From: Vairimorpha necatrix
Lineage: Eukaryota
Assembly (NCBI GenBank): GCA_036630325.1
Contig: CP142726.1
Span: 248,001 to 312,000, forward strand
Length of the DNA: 64,000 bases
Direction: 5' to 3'
Shown: positions 12,501 to 25,085 of the stretch, in pieces
How the letters are laid out: every line of letters starts with the position of its first letter
Numbering within the stretch: the stretch's first letter is position 1
Translations under genes and position numbers: made by a program
The notes under the pieces: generated by a model
Seen by the model: only the letters and a program-made list of their open reading frames with translations
Told to the model about the DNA's origin: nothing
Databases searched by the model: none

Positions 12501-12772
12501 AGGTCAGAGAGTTAGGGTAGCGAAGAAAGAGAACTTATCGGGTTGTAGTAAGTATGAGAAAGGAAGGTTTTTAGGATATGGTGTTATCAAGGAAGTTTGC
12601 GGAGGTGACTCGTACTTAGTTAGTTTGGAAAATGGTAGGATCGTGAAAAAGCGGCATTATGATTTAAAAGGTCTGCTTGGGATTAATGAGTTCTAGTATT
12701 AGACTACCGTCTTGGAGGGGGGATGTTATATATCCTTATTATTTTTACCCCTCATTATGGAAAATAAACACA
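9588..12772 (+). mobile_element. Ty3/Gypsy LTR retrotransposon with 49-bp LTRs (3185 bp)
   Basis: Identical 49-bp TG...CA repeats at 9588-9636 and 12724-12772. 5-bp TSD TCATA. PBS-like TGGGGGCG directly after the 5' LTR; PPT GGAGGGGGGA directly before the 3' LTR. Confidence 0.95.
9621..12696 (+). pseudogene. Gag-RT-RH-IN polyprotein with one in-frame TAG (12120-12122) and one frameshift (~12500) in the integrase
   Basis: CCHC knuckle CYNCGKLGHSVRFC; RT IDLKEGF, MVMGFKNSP, YMDD; RNase H TDAS, EKEM, TDHKAL; integrase HHCC, ALD, TDNGKEF, VERV. ORFs 9621-12122, 12123-12515 and 12439-12696 are collinear. Confidence 0.93.
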
Positions 12773-12826
12773 TCATATAAGATTTATTGCTATGGGTGGA
12801 AATAATAAAAAAAAATAAGATCAACT

Positions 12827-14128
12827 GATACATGACCGTTTAAACCCCTCATTAGAAAAAAAACCCGCATTGAAAATTTTATATAATGGAAAAAATAAAA
12901 AAAATAAAGAAAAAAGACTTAACGATAAATTTGAAAAGCTAAAGAAGAAATTTATACGTCTTTTAAGAATATATATATCTATAATTTTAACTTTAAACTA
13001 CAGGTATCAATATATGGTGAAGAGAAAAGTGATCGAATCCAAACATTATTATAAGAAGAGGTTTCAAGTTCCATCGAGGCATGAGACGTAAAAAATGCAA
13101 TATATGTTAGAATAGGGATAGTTGGTTGTCTGACAGAAAGGAAGGTGATGGCTTGAATCGGCCGAGGGACCCGCATAGGTGAAGACGTAGAGAATCTAGA
13201 AGAAACAGATGCAATGTAGTGGTAGATTCCAGTATTCTCATTAAAAGCTAACGTGGCTGATATTTTGAACTCCGTGTTCAAAAATACAGAGAGATTTAAA
13301 AAGAGAATAAATCAAAAAAGCTGTGTTGTAGTTGAAGAATGAGATAGGCGGATAAAATCCAGTTATATTGTTGGAATGACATGAGTACGTAGAAATCGAA
13401 TGCCCATTGACTTTATGAATTATAACAGGTAAAAATACCGCAAGATCAATACAGAAAGGGATATCAAGACGCATGGGCAAAGCGCAGCCCATGGTCAGTT
13501 AACATAAAAAAATATCACTTTTATTTTGAAAGTTAAGTTGTAAGCGTAGGTAGTAGTAATGATAATTACATCGCCCAGTTCTAAATTTAGCGCGGGATGT
13601 AGAGAATATATGCTAAATAAATATAGCCCTTTACATACAATTTTCTTTAACAACGTCGATTTTCTGTATTTTAAAAGACCGGAGAGACTGTAAAAGGTAC
13701 TTAAAGTTTTCGGCCCGGGTTATTTATGAATATTTCTAATGTCTATTAAAGAAAAAAACACTCTCTCTCAATTTGTTTGGTATTGTGTCACAGGATCGTT
13801 AAAGTTTACGAAATTGACGTTGTGATCTACAGCCTTGTGCCTCATTCCTGCGATTTGTCTATGCGGCATCATATGCTTTCCATTGATAGATGATCACAAT
13901 AGAACTAGGTAATATTTTATCTTGCATTACCTTATAGATGATAGCCGCATTTCTACTGGCCACAGAAAAAGTAAGCAAAAACTTGTTCTGCATTAATCAG
14001 TTTTTTAATTTTTTTAAATTTTTGTAGAAAAAACTCATCTTTTTAAATTATTTTGTTCTTACCAATTTTGTCGTTTTTTAAAGGGGTCCTTTCAAATTTT
14101 CAATACGGGTTCCAAATGGTCATGTACC
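12827..14128. mobile_element. Degenerate Merlin-type DNA transposon (GGTACATGACC TIR family) carrying a repeat insertion
   Basis: TIRs GATACATGACCGTTT and AAATGGTCATGTACC; perfect 8-bp TSD GATCAACT. Same TIR family at 19833, 47135 and 63623. Confidence 0.8.
13012..13648 (+). repeat. Dispersed non-coding repeat family 2, copy a (possible second tRNA-derived SINE)
   Basis: Collinear similarity to 49843-50530 over ~600 bp. Degenerate B-box-like GGTTTCAAGTTCC near the 5' end. Confidence 0.65.
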
Positions 14129-15517
14129 GATCAACTTAATAAGAAGAATATTAAAATGTTATTTTATAAGGAGTTCAAGCATAGAACCGCAATAAATAAG
14201 GAAGAAAACCAAAATTTAGTATAGAAAATGCTTTTAGTAGGCACGAAGAACGAAAAAATCAATTTTAATTTTTTAGATTTATAGAAAATTTGGCAACTGT
14301 GATCAAAATAATAAGTAGATTAGACAGCCTGCATAAAGAGGGAAACCTACTTTTCTAATAAATATTCTCGAAAATCACTAGATGTTTTGTAAAAAAAAAT
14401 AAAACACTGGCATTGAATTATAACACAATAAAAAATGATCTGGTCTTAAAGGTCTTAAAATCCTCAATATTTTTAACAATGTATGATACGAAAGAAGGCA
14501 GTGGTAACCTTAACCCTTCATTGTAATACATTAGCAATATTCATTAAACAACTTATTTCTGAGGTCACGCAAAGAGCATAATAAAGAATTATCTATGTTT
14601 GGTTTCTGTTATGCATGTGAATCCATAGACATATCTTAACTAAGTTTACATTTATTTTAATAATGACTAATAGAATACAAAAGACAGTATTTATGTAGTA
14701 AAACATAATATATAAAAAAACAATATATAAAATATCATTGTAGTAAGAATACAAATCAAGTTTTTTAAAGATTTGTAAGGGCTGCTTTACCTGCATAAAC
14801 ACTAAGACCTCTTAGAGAAATTCGATAAATAAAAATCTAATAGCATATCGCTATTAGTATTAGTTATATATTATTGACACAGAATAAATTAGTTAAGTCA
14901 TATTAAGGACTCTTTTTGTCTAATGTTCAGGTTAGGATCCCAATCAATACACTATAGTTTGTACATATTGCAAACTAGTTTCAATTACGCTCTAATTTAT
15001 TTCATGCGGAATCATTTTAGAACAGTTTAACTTTCATTTTATTAAGGTCCGTGATAAAATTAATCCTACTTGATATACTTCTTTGCGGGGTTCTGAAAGG
15101 GTCTATTTAAATCTTTAATTTGTACATTAACACGTATTTCATTACTTGATGTCTTCAAAAAGGTAATATAAATAATACATTCGCGCGGTAAGTATAGAAC
15201 CAAATTAAAAATACATAAAACACACAACTCTCTATAAATCAATCATCATCGACGAAAAGAACCATTTTTAAAAAAAGCAGCTAAAAGTGCTTAATTAATT
15301 ATATTTGACATTAAAAAAAAACTTAAGTATTGATCTTAGTATTCAAGGCCAAGGAAGGTCATGTCTACTAACAACCCCGAATATTGTCAATCAATAACTT
15401 AAAAATTGAACATGCTGAAATATATATATATAATATGCTTTAAATTACATTTATATATCTAATATAATAAAAAAATTACTGATGATTTATCTAAACTCTA
15501 AACATAAAAAGAATCAT

Positions 15518-16248
15518 TTATTGTAGAAATAAATTGGTGCGATACAAATATCCGATACCAATTGAACTACTTAGTGTAAGGGCAGTACTATAATCAAAAT
15601 TCAATGCTGTACCAAAATTATTGTCAGAGCCATGGGCGTTATTAACGTTTTCGCGAATATCCGTAATGTTTGCACAATCTTCAGAAATATCTTTTAAGTA
15701 CTTAATGATTTGATTTCGGTCATTTATGATAATAAATTCTTCTGTTAATGTAATTAACTGTTTTATGTCAATATTAACATATTTATCAACGATTAATTCA
15801 ACTTGACAAAGATTAAAATTAGAAACGGAATTATTAAAACACAAAAATAATTAAATAAAGGTCTTAAATGATGTATCATCACATTCATGAACATATTTAC
15901 CGCTTCCTCTTTACCAGTAAGTTCATCCCCAACACGTATTCAAAAGTCATAAAACTTCTAAACTTTTCATAAAAAAAAGTCATCTATATTTATTTCATAT
16001 TCTTTCACTTTAGATTTTTGTGGAATTTATACTTTAAGAGGAAATTCAATTTTATTTAGAACATTATAGTAAATTTTTTTAAGTATTTTATCTGCCTTTT
16101 CAAGGATTTCATGACCATAAGAATAAAAGCCAACGTTACGTGATAAATATAACCTACATTTATCGAATACTTCCGCCTTGTTTTCAGAAACGGGGTTTCC
16201 TATTAATCTTTGAATATTTAGTACAACAAATATTGAAACAAAATACAT
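15518..16248 (-). pseudogene. Fragmented gene for a putative secreted protein
   Basis: CCC motif before the ATG at 16248, hydrophobic N-terminus MYFVSIFVVLNI, two same-strand ORF pieces separated by stops. Confidence 0.45.
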
Positions 16249-18191
16249 CCTATAGGGCTGTAAATATTTTTTTATTTAATATGCAAAAAATGTTTATTAA
16301 ATTGAGATTTTTTTTAAAAAACTTTATAAATGCGCTTTAATGGACAATTGTAGGTTAAATGCAAAATATCAAATTTGTAAATAAATTGTTAATTTATTTA
16401 ATTAAGATAAACAAACAAAAAAAATTTATAATCATCAGAATGAGAGCAATTCAACTTTGGCCACATTCTTACCAATATAATTACAGAAGTTTTTTATGCA
16501 TGTTTTTCTAAAGTCGATTCGGAAAAATGTGGAGGTGGATTATGAAAAAATGAAGTTATTATAAAAAGCCTAATCACCAAAAATGAAAAAATTATTTTTC
16601 GGTTTTGTTTATGATTTTTTTTCCTTCTTCCACTTATTGATCGAGACTAATCTTTATTATACATTAAAAAGTATAATAAAGATAAGTCTCGATTAATCTC
16701 TATATAAACAATATTATAAAGGTTTCTAAATCGTTATAATGATATACGTATTATAAATAAACAATTGTATAAATATATGTTTTTTATTTTTGGATAAAAA
16801 ATAATACATATCAAAAAATTGAAGTATTTATGATTAAGAATAGATAAAAATGCATAAGTATTACATATTACAAAAGTGTTTGACCATAAAAATCAAAAAT
16901 ATTTTTAAAAAGACTTAATTAATATATCTACATAAAAATAATTTAACACAACCTATAATCTGCTTATAATAACAAAAATTGATGAAAAACATGTTTAACA
17001 ATAACAATAATTGATTTTATAAAAAAGAAATCTTTACAAATGCAGACACATATCTTAAAGTAATGCGTTATTAAAAAAATCTAAAAAAATGTTTATATAA
17101 ATACTATTGAAATTGTATTTTAATAAAACCATTTTTTGTACAAAGGATGACGGAGCAAGATTTCCTCCTTAAACGTAAAATTAACGACTTTTAAAATGAA
17201 AATTTTATACTAGTAGATGAGATCCGCCCCAGTGTTAAACTCCAAATAAATTAATTAAAAAAAAGGAAACCATAAAATACCCCTTTAATTTTACTAGTAA
17301 TCTGCAACTCGAGATTAGTCATATTTATGTTGCAATTGTTTTCACGCAATTTTGGAAATCCTATAAATTTTCTTTAAGAGCGTAAGATTTTTTTTATAAA
17401 AGTAAATTTAAAAAAAAATTTAAAAGAATTTTTAAATTTTTATATCAATAGATGAGATCCATGTTCTCTTCTATGGGCGGATCTCTTGACCCTTAACTCC
17501 CGCAACTACGTAGATTTTCATGTTCCTTTCCGCTCTGGATGCTTCGACTTATTAAAACAGGTCATTGAATAAAAACTCTGTATTTATATTGGCAAAGATG
17601 GGCTAAAAAAATTAGCCAAAAAGACAATTAAATCAACATACAACAAGTACATAATTAAAGAAAAATCTATAAAGATGTTTGGAAAAGAAGTATTCTATGA
17701 ATGTATTAAAAGAGCAAAAAGTGCTTCCGAAAATATATTTAGCAATATAATTATTCATTTGGGTTCATAGTATTACAAGTGTTTACATTTATATTTTCGC
17801 CCTCCCAAAAGAGCGTTTATGTCGGAAAGCGAAAGGGCAATAATTCATAACTAGGTGCAAATCTCTACAACTTACAAATCACTGACTGTTTGTTGATAAG
17901 TAATGTTAGTTATACTCTTGTGTTGAAGACCTATTGCTGTTGAAAAAGACGCCGTATATTATGAATAATTCTTTAAATTTTTAACTTGAACAGGTTTAAT
18001 CATGATATTGAAGCTGTATTTTGCCGCTGAACCGAGTTTGTTCTTAAATGGTGCTTGAACCAGGCGTTTATTTTAGTCAGGTCCACAAAAGTGTAGTCAT
18101 AAATGACTAAGGATCTGTTTCATACTAGAACAAAAATTTCACCTACAAGCGAGGCCAATAAGATTTGCTGGCGTGTAAGCATAATTATTGT

Positions 18192-19814
18192 GGCGCGCGA
18201 GCGTTGACCCCGTGAAAGCGTTGATCTCCCCAAAAACGTAAAAAAATATGAAATAAAAAGAACACAAAGAAATTTTTAAAAACGAATGTTTAATATTAAA
18301 GTTTTTTATGCCTAGACATAGGAAAAATTTGAGTACCTTCTGTAGTTTTACATTTCACTCTGTTGTTTGAGAAAATTTCTATAATCTTAACTTCTTTAGA
18401 ATAAAAGGAAGATAATTTATGTTTTTTTGTTTTGATATTATTATCAAAGTCTTTAGCTACAATGACTTTGTCACCGATTTTAAAGGTAAATTTTGAGATA
18501 TTAACCAACGAATGACGATTCATTCTTGCAAGGTAATTTGGATCAACTGAACCAGTTTCAGTTTGCTCTTTAAAAACACTATTTGTTAAATCTCTTTTAT
18601 TTTCTGCCTCGAGTATTATTTCAATTTCTTTTAAGCTATCATCTGAAACGTTGTCCTCATCTTGCGTAAAAAAAGAATTAAATCCTGGTAAAAAATAAAT
18701 AAATAAAACGGGACCTGCTTTGTCGCACTATTTTTGTCTAAATTATAGTTGTAAATGATTTTATTATGATCTTTCACTATTCCTTTCGTTTTAATGTCCA
18801 AATTGTCAACGGCAAGCAACCCTTCTTCAAATAATTGTTTTAGTTTTTGCGAGTAAAAGTTTAATTAAACCTTTTTATTTGCCCATTTGACTGTGGGTGA
18901 CTCAGTCTACTATGTTATTGAACAATAAAAAAGTTCACGCAATGTTTTTCACATGGGAATTACAAGATTGATTCTTATTATCGCTTTGAAGGGGTTTTGG
19001 AGGACCAGTCATATTTTAAAATAGAAATTTTAGAATTTTGTAACCTTTTCTCCCGTTTTACTCAATTATAGAAAATCTAGACAAACTTAGAGTACAAATC
19101 TATTAAAGTTAAAATCAACAACACACATCTTTAAACTTTTTATAGCGCGTCATATCGATTAAATCAATCGTAATTCGTTTTTCGTTTTAGAGGACATAAT
19201 ATGAATTAGCACTCTTTAATTTTATTCGTTACAATTGCCCACATTTGATGCATGTAAGAGACGACTTATCTTGTAATGTCCCTAGGGATTTTATAAAGCC
19301 TCATTTAATGATACTCGAATTTGTTAATGCCCTGTTATGAAGCTGGTTGAAGCTCTACATTAAACTTCCATGGCTTTTAACTGTTGACTATGAAAAACTT
19401 TAGGTGTTTTCTATTGGCCCATCCACCAAAAATAGCGCCCCATTTATTAGAAGGGAATTGCCAGCTTTTTGTTTCAACCGTTATTTATTGCTTTTTTAAG
19501 CAACTTCAATATCCCTGTCTTGTATAAATAATGTTAAATTGTCGTAATCAACAGCATTTCTGGTTGAAGAATCATTATATCCATCAAATGGCACTATGCA
19601 TGAATTTTTTTATTGCAAATTTATTTTTTTCAAAGTATGCCATAGTCTACTGATATGCTTACGGATTCCTGCGCATAGGTCGTGAGTATAAATTCTGTTC
19701 GGGACGTTTATTTATCTAATTGAGATATGATTTAGACTGAGGCTTCCCGTAATTCAACTCCGGGGTCAATGCGTGCACGGGTTGAAACTTCTAAAGGGTC
19801 AACGCTTTCGCGCT
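18192..19814 (-). mobile_element. Degenerate Ginger/TDD-like integrase DNA transposon
   Basis: Imperfect TIRs GGCGCGCGAGCGTTGACCC and GGGTCAACGCTTTCGCGCT with subterminal repeats. Minus-strand integrase remnants GPPKPLQSDN (~19000) and FKIGDKVIV (ORF 18296-18523). No RT or LTR seen. Confidence 0.6.
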
Positions 19815-19832
19815 AATTATACATATTTTTTC

Positions 19833-20783
19833 GATACACAGCCGTTTGGAACTTATTTTAGAAATTTATAGGGATCTCCTACAATAAAATGACAAAATTG
19901 GTAAGAATAAAATTTGTTAAAAAAGATCAGTTTGTTTAAATATGAAAATAAATTTGGTTAAAAGCTGCTTTCCTGGTTGATCAGTGTGTAAAGATAGTCA
20001 TAGCTAATGTTTTAATTAACGTTTTTTTAGTAATTTCTTTTATCGTCGTTGTTGGGCTTAAAATAATTCCTTTTATAGTTTAATTTTACCGCCCTTTCAA
20101 AATTTATGAAGTTATAAATACTGCAATATTTTGAGTGATGAAGTTGTTTTAATTACTTTGTCTTCTGTCCATTGTATGTATACAATAATTCATGGTAAAC
20201 AAATGGCTTCTTTGACATTTGACAGTTCTGACTGAGGGATTAGTATGTATCTCCTCTATTATCTCTAGAGGGTCTAAAAGGATGTTTTATGACAAAATTA
20301 AAGTACATTTCAAAAATTCCATAAAAACCTGCGGGAGCAATACTTATCCTGTGGCTAGTGAATTTGGGTATTCTCCTCGAGGGGATACAAGATAATGTTT
20401 ACCAGTTCTATTCTGATCACTAATAAAAATAGAGTATATGTTGCTCCAGTATACAAATCACAAGGATGGAGCACAGGATTTGAATTACATCATCATTTTA
20501 GTAAACTATAACGATCCAGAATTCTGAGACACAATACTAAACAATTTGAGATATTTTGGTTTCTTTTTGAGAGAGATATTCGGTATAGACATGGAATAAA
20601 CCATTACGAACCCGATTACCTCAAACATTTTTTTTGGTCTTATTAAATACCGAAAATTAACGCATAAATAATCTTTTTATTATTAAAAATAAATTGTTTT
20701 GTCTCATTTTACAATTTTTTTAATTTTTTTTAAATTCAATGCAGATTCATTTTCCCAAATCGAGTTTCAAACGGCCGTGTACC
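19833..20783 (+). mobile_element. Degenerate Merlin-type element (GGTACA TIR family)
   Basis: TIRs GATACACAGCCGTTTGGAACT and AGTTTCAAACGGCCGTGTACC; imperfect 8-bp TSD ATTTTTTC/GATTTTTC; internal AATTCTGAGACACAATAC shared with the 47135 copy. Confidence 0.65.
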
Positions 20784-21311
20784 GATTTTTCATTATAAGT
20801 GAAGTTTTTAGTGACTTTTCTTAGGTATGCTAATTCTGTCTTTTTTACAATAAACAATTATATTTTTTTTTATAATTTTATTTTCCTTTGAAACCCCATA
20901 TCCCGTAAGCTTATGACTTATTACTTGACCGCATAACACTGCCGATTCGCATTACAATCTGTTTGTTAGCATCAACTTATAAAAATAGATTTGTTTTTAT
21001 TAGTATCCTAACCATATATTTATGCGTCATGTGGGGGTTTTTAGTAATATAAGAAAATATAAATATATTAATGTTTTTTAGTTATTTATCCCTGGATTTA
21101 TAAATTTTTAAAGTATTTACAAAAATGAAATGATATAATAACTAAAATCATCCAATTTTTATTACTTAGTTGTTCTTTAAGCAAGATATTATAGTGAAAC
21201 TTCATCGGCAATCAAATTGATTACATGTGGTTGGTATTTTCTCCTCATATAATGTTTTAATTTCTACAAATTTTCGTGTCAAAATTATGTTTTATTTGAT
21301 ATAACCTCATC

Positions 21312-22609
21312 GGCGCTACTTAAAAATTTGCACCCCCCTAAAAAATACGTTCACTGAAAAAAAATTATTTGGTATAAAATGAGATAAAATCAAATTTTAA
21401 AGGATTTATTTTCCGGGGGGTGCGAATTTTTAAGTAATGGTATTTTGAACGTGAAATTTTTTTATTTTATCTATCCCTTATAATGAACAGGATGATGGAT
21501 GAGATGCTTCAATTCAATCCATACAATCCTATTTTCACTGATAATGACAGGGCAATCGACTACGGATTGAAGAACAACTTGTTATATCCTTGTATTCCCT
21601 GTACTAATGATCAGTGCAAAGGAATTATGTTTATTCAAAACATATCTTTGTTTTCTCAAGGAAAGGGGTACAAATGTAGCAAAAAAAATTGTAAACGAAG
21701 ATGTTCATTAAATAAAGGTTCTAAATTTGAATCTTTAGATATTGAATTTAAAAAAATTCTTCGTTGCATTTATTATTGGTGTCTGTCATATACTAATTTT
21801 CAGGCCATCAACATGTGTGAAACTTCTGAACCAACATATATTTCTGTAAAAGAAATAATAATGGAAACAATTTCCAAGTGTTCTACTGTTGTTACAACGA
21901 TAGATGGAGTTGGTCAGAGGATACAAATAGACGAAACAGCTATTTGTAATGGAATTATAGTATCAAATCCGTCTAGTCGATTGGATTCTGAACCTGGAAT
22001 TCAGTGGATAATAGGAGGTGTATTGGAAGGAAATTGTAGAGAGTTTTTTGTGGAACTAATACCCAATAGAAAATGGGAAACGATTTTACAAATATTAAAA
22101 AAATATGTAAAAGTAGGCACGGATATAGTAACTGATGGTTATCCATCCTATCCACGTGCTATAAGTGAATTTGGTTCTCACCATAGTGTGGTAAATCACT
22201 CTATGGGATTTTGTAATGAAGAAGGACAAAATACAAATTATGTAGAAAATATGTGGTCGCATCTTAAGCATGATTATAGAAAGCGTGGTGGAATAAATAA
22301 AATAAGAATTAAATGTTGGTTAGATGAGTTTAAATGGAAAAAAGAAAATATAGAATATTCAAAACCATTAACAATCAAATTAGCCTTCGTAAAAATAATT
22401 GATATTTTTTCTATGTTAAAGTAATTAAATTTTTGAACTTATAATATGTTATAACTGTTTTTTTTGAATATTTTAACTTTTGTAAATTCATATTTTCATA
22501 AAAATATTGTTTTAAATATAATTTTAAGGGTTAAAAATATTTTTTTTTATATAAATTTAATTGGTCAATGTAATTTTTTTTAGGGGGGTGCGAATTTTTA
22601 AGTAGCGCC
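21312..22609 (+). mobile_element. Intact Merlin (IS1016/ISXO2-like) DNA transposon, 1298 bp
   Basis: ~34-bp TIRs GGCGCTACTTAAAAATT(T/C)GCACCCCCCTAAAAAA; perfect 8-bp TSD ACCTCATC. Confidence 0.95.
21483..22424 (+). CDS. Merlin/ISXO2-like DDE transposase (313 aa)
   Basis: N-terminal Cys cluster; QIDET, WIIGG, VTDGYPSY, VNHS.GF, TNYVENMW motifs; CCC before the ATG; lies inside the TIRs. Confidence 0.93.
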   Translation: MNRMMDEMLQFNPYNPIFTDNDRAIDYGLKNNLLYPCIPCTNDQCKGIMFIQNISLFSQGKGYKCSKKNCKRRCSLNKGSKFESLDIEFKKILRCIYYWCLSYTNFQAINMCETSEPTYISVKEIIMETISKCSTVVTTIDGVGQRIQIDETAICNGIIVSNPSSRLDSEPGIQWIIGGVLEGNCREFFVELIPNRKWETILQILKKYVKVGTDIVTDGYPSYPRAISEFGSHHSVVNHSMGFCNEEGQNTNYVENMWSHLKHDYRKRGGINKIRIKCWLDEFKWKKENIEYSKPLTIKLAFVKIIDIFSMLK

Positions 22610-22985
22610 ACCTCATCTATATGGAATTGTTTATTATAAATGCATAAAATTAAAATTAGCTTTTCAAAATATAATTTATTAATTACACTAGTACTTAAAT
22701 GTTTATGGGGTCTTTAATTCATTATAATGACTTGATTGACGTTCTGATATGCATTATTACTTTATTTTTATATCCTTTATCACAAATTTTCCAGATGTTC
22801 AATCTTGAAAAACACTTTTAAAAAAAACTTCCTTTTTATTCTGGCCAAACTTTTAAGTTGTATTTAAATATTTCTTCTTTAATTTTCTTATTGATAAATA
22901 AAGCAATAAAAATTGCTAATAAAGGGTGCTATGAAAATAGAATTTCTTTTTATTATTATTTTAGCACTATGCAATTCATTAGTAT

Positions 22986-23594
22986 TTAATTTCTTTCCAT
23001 ATTAAAATATGAATTAAGTAAAATTTCAGTTAAATTTTGAGAATTAAAAATTGCTAAATTTTTTTGATACGACGATGAAAGAAGTGGATACGAGTAATTC
23101 TCATTATAATCATAAGAATCGGCAAATTCTAGCTTATAAAAATCTTTCTTCTTTTGAACCTCAATTACTTTACTTCTTGAATAGGTGTTTGCTGTTAATA
23201 AATCCACTGTCGTCACTCTATCAATACAAATTTTATTTTTGATATATGGAATTTTAACCATTAGTAAAAGTTTACTTCTTTTAAATAAATCTACTTTGGC
23301 TTTATCTTTCATCTTAAACATTAAGTAAAAATTCAAGATATCATATAAGTCGTCTTTCTCTTCTAAAGTCAATGGCTTAAAAAAATAATTAATATGGGGC
23401 TTCTCTAGATCTGATCTTTTAATATTAATTGAATCTTTGACACATTCTTCAACTGTATAATCCGATATAAAATAAATTGCAGGTTGATCTTTTTGTTTTA
23501 TATTCATGTAAATTTCGATATTGTTCTCATATGAAACTATAAATATATTGTAGGTAGTAAGTATTGCAGTAATATAAAAAATAAAAAATTTCAT
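22986..23594 (-). CDS. C-terminally truncated paralog of 6135-7115 (possibly a pseudogene)
   Basis: CCCC-ATG at 23594 (MKFFIFYITAILTT). Collinear with the 326-aa protein until an early stop after ~202 aa. Confidence 0.75.
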   Translation of the reverse strand: MKFFIFYITAILTTYNIFIVSYENNIEIYMNIKQKDQPAIYFISDYTVEECVKDSINIKRSDLEKPHINYFFKPLTLEEKDDLYDILNFYLMFKMKDKAKVDLFKRSKLLLMVKIPYIKNKICIDRVTTVDLLTANTYSRSKVIEVQKKKDFYKLEFADSYDYNENYSYPLLSSSYQKNLAIFNSQNLTEILLNSYFNMERN

Positions 23595-24457
23595 GGGGTA
23601 TTTAAAAAAGTTTTCAAAAACTATCATTAAATAATGTCACTTTTTGAAATAAATGTCAAAATAGCTTGAAATCTTCAAAATGTAGATAGCTAAGAATGCA
23701 ATATTATTGTTAAGATTTATTCTGATTAATAAATTTTAAATTTATCAAAAACATAATAAGAAAAAACCATTAGCAATGTTTTTTAGACAATAAATTCTGA
23801 CAGTGTAGCTTTGAGTTTTATTGGCCATCTGAAAAAATTAAATTTTTGATTGGCGACAAGAAAAAATCAAAAACTTTTGACAGGTACTATGATTATAGAA
23901 AAAAAAAGTTGTATAATATTTGACGTAGACTAACATAATAATTTTTTTTAAAAATTTTAAGCCAATTTGTTATACCATAATTTCTTATCAATTTAGATTG
24001 TTAATGATAAAAATAGCGTCTAGTGTAATTGAGGTTGAAACTTCAAAAAACCATAAAAATGTTATGTTAAATATTTATTATTCCAAAAACATGATTCTTT
24101 CTCAGATAAACACCGTAGTATTCGCTAACTTGTGTTAGAGTTCTGTATCCACTAAAGTTATATCTTATACAAGAAAATCAAATATAGCATAGATACGAAA
24201 ATGAGGAGGAGGGATACCACAGACCTTCCCTCTTTTGAGGGTGTTCACTGTATTTTTTTTTGAACTCCAGAAACGAAGTGCAAGATAAAGGAGAAGCAAT
24301 CATTAGCACTCAAATTACTTGCATATTTAAACAGTAAAAATACCAAATTAATATATATTTGTATACAAAATTTAATTTAAAAAAGTAAGATAATCATAAA
24401 ACTATATTATGTTTAATAACTATATGTTGTATATTAAATTTTTTGATTGGACAATCT

Positions 24458-24631
24458 TGTGGTATCCACCACTGAGGAAAGTATTAAAAATGTTTTTTGT
24501 AAATTTTAGAGCTTCTTTCCATTATCCGTACCCCTCTCCAGATAAAATGGTTAAAAAATGTTGGAGGGAAAACTGGAAGAATTTGGCGGGAAATATTTAT
24601 AAATTATTTTTATGATATTTGGGATATCATG
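24458..24631 (-). repeat. Degenerate solo LTR, same family as 42971-43195
   Basis: Shared TGTGGTATCCACCACT start, CGTACCCCT, GGAGGGAAAA and TATGATATTT.GGATATCAT end. TSD not convincing. Confidence 0.55.
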
Positions 24632-24814
24632 TATGTATATACCATCATTCGAATTATATTGTATTTTTAAATCTTCGAATTTTTTTAATATTTTGTTATT
24701 TATAGAAGGAGATTTTTTTTATAAATCTACCATTTAAAGTGGTACGACCAGATCTAAAACTATTCAATTTATATTCTACATTCTCAATATATGGTTTATA
24801 AACAGAAATTGAAA

Positions 24815-25085
24815 ATTACGCAATCACTTGAGATGGTATTGTGACTAAATTTTCCAAATCATATACCACAAGACTTGAAATACCTAAGAAGGTAGAAGCG
24901 TACAGCCAGATGATCAAGCCGAAGAATACGCTTGAAAGCATTCGCTGGGCTGCTGAATGAGAAAAGACGCCGGCGAGAAAGAACCATTGAGCCTAGAAGC
25001 TACCTACAACAGAAAATACTGACGCTGAACATATCCTTGTTAACTATAAATATAAACTAAATTAAGCATACCCCAATTAAATTCA
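24815..25085 (+). mobile_element. Short 3' fragment of a non-LTR retrotransposon
   Basis: Translates as IT*DGIVTKFSKSYTTRLEIPKKVEAY...TLESI, matching the TWDG.VTK motif also present at ~7910 and ~48600. Confidence 0.65.

Noticed and set aside
17219-17485. Small MITE with GAGATCCGCCC inverted repeats
   Set aside because: Only an 11-bp inverted repeat, no TSD and no second copy in the window.
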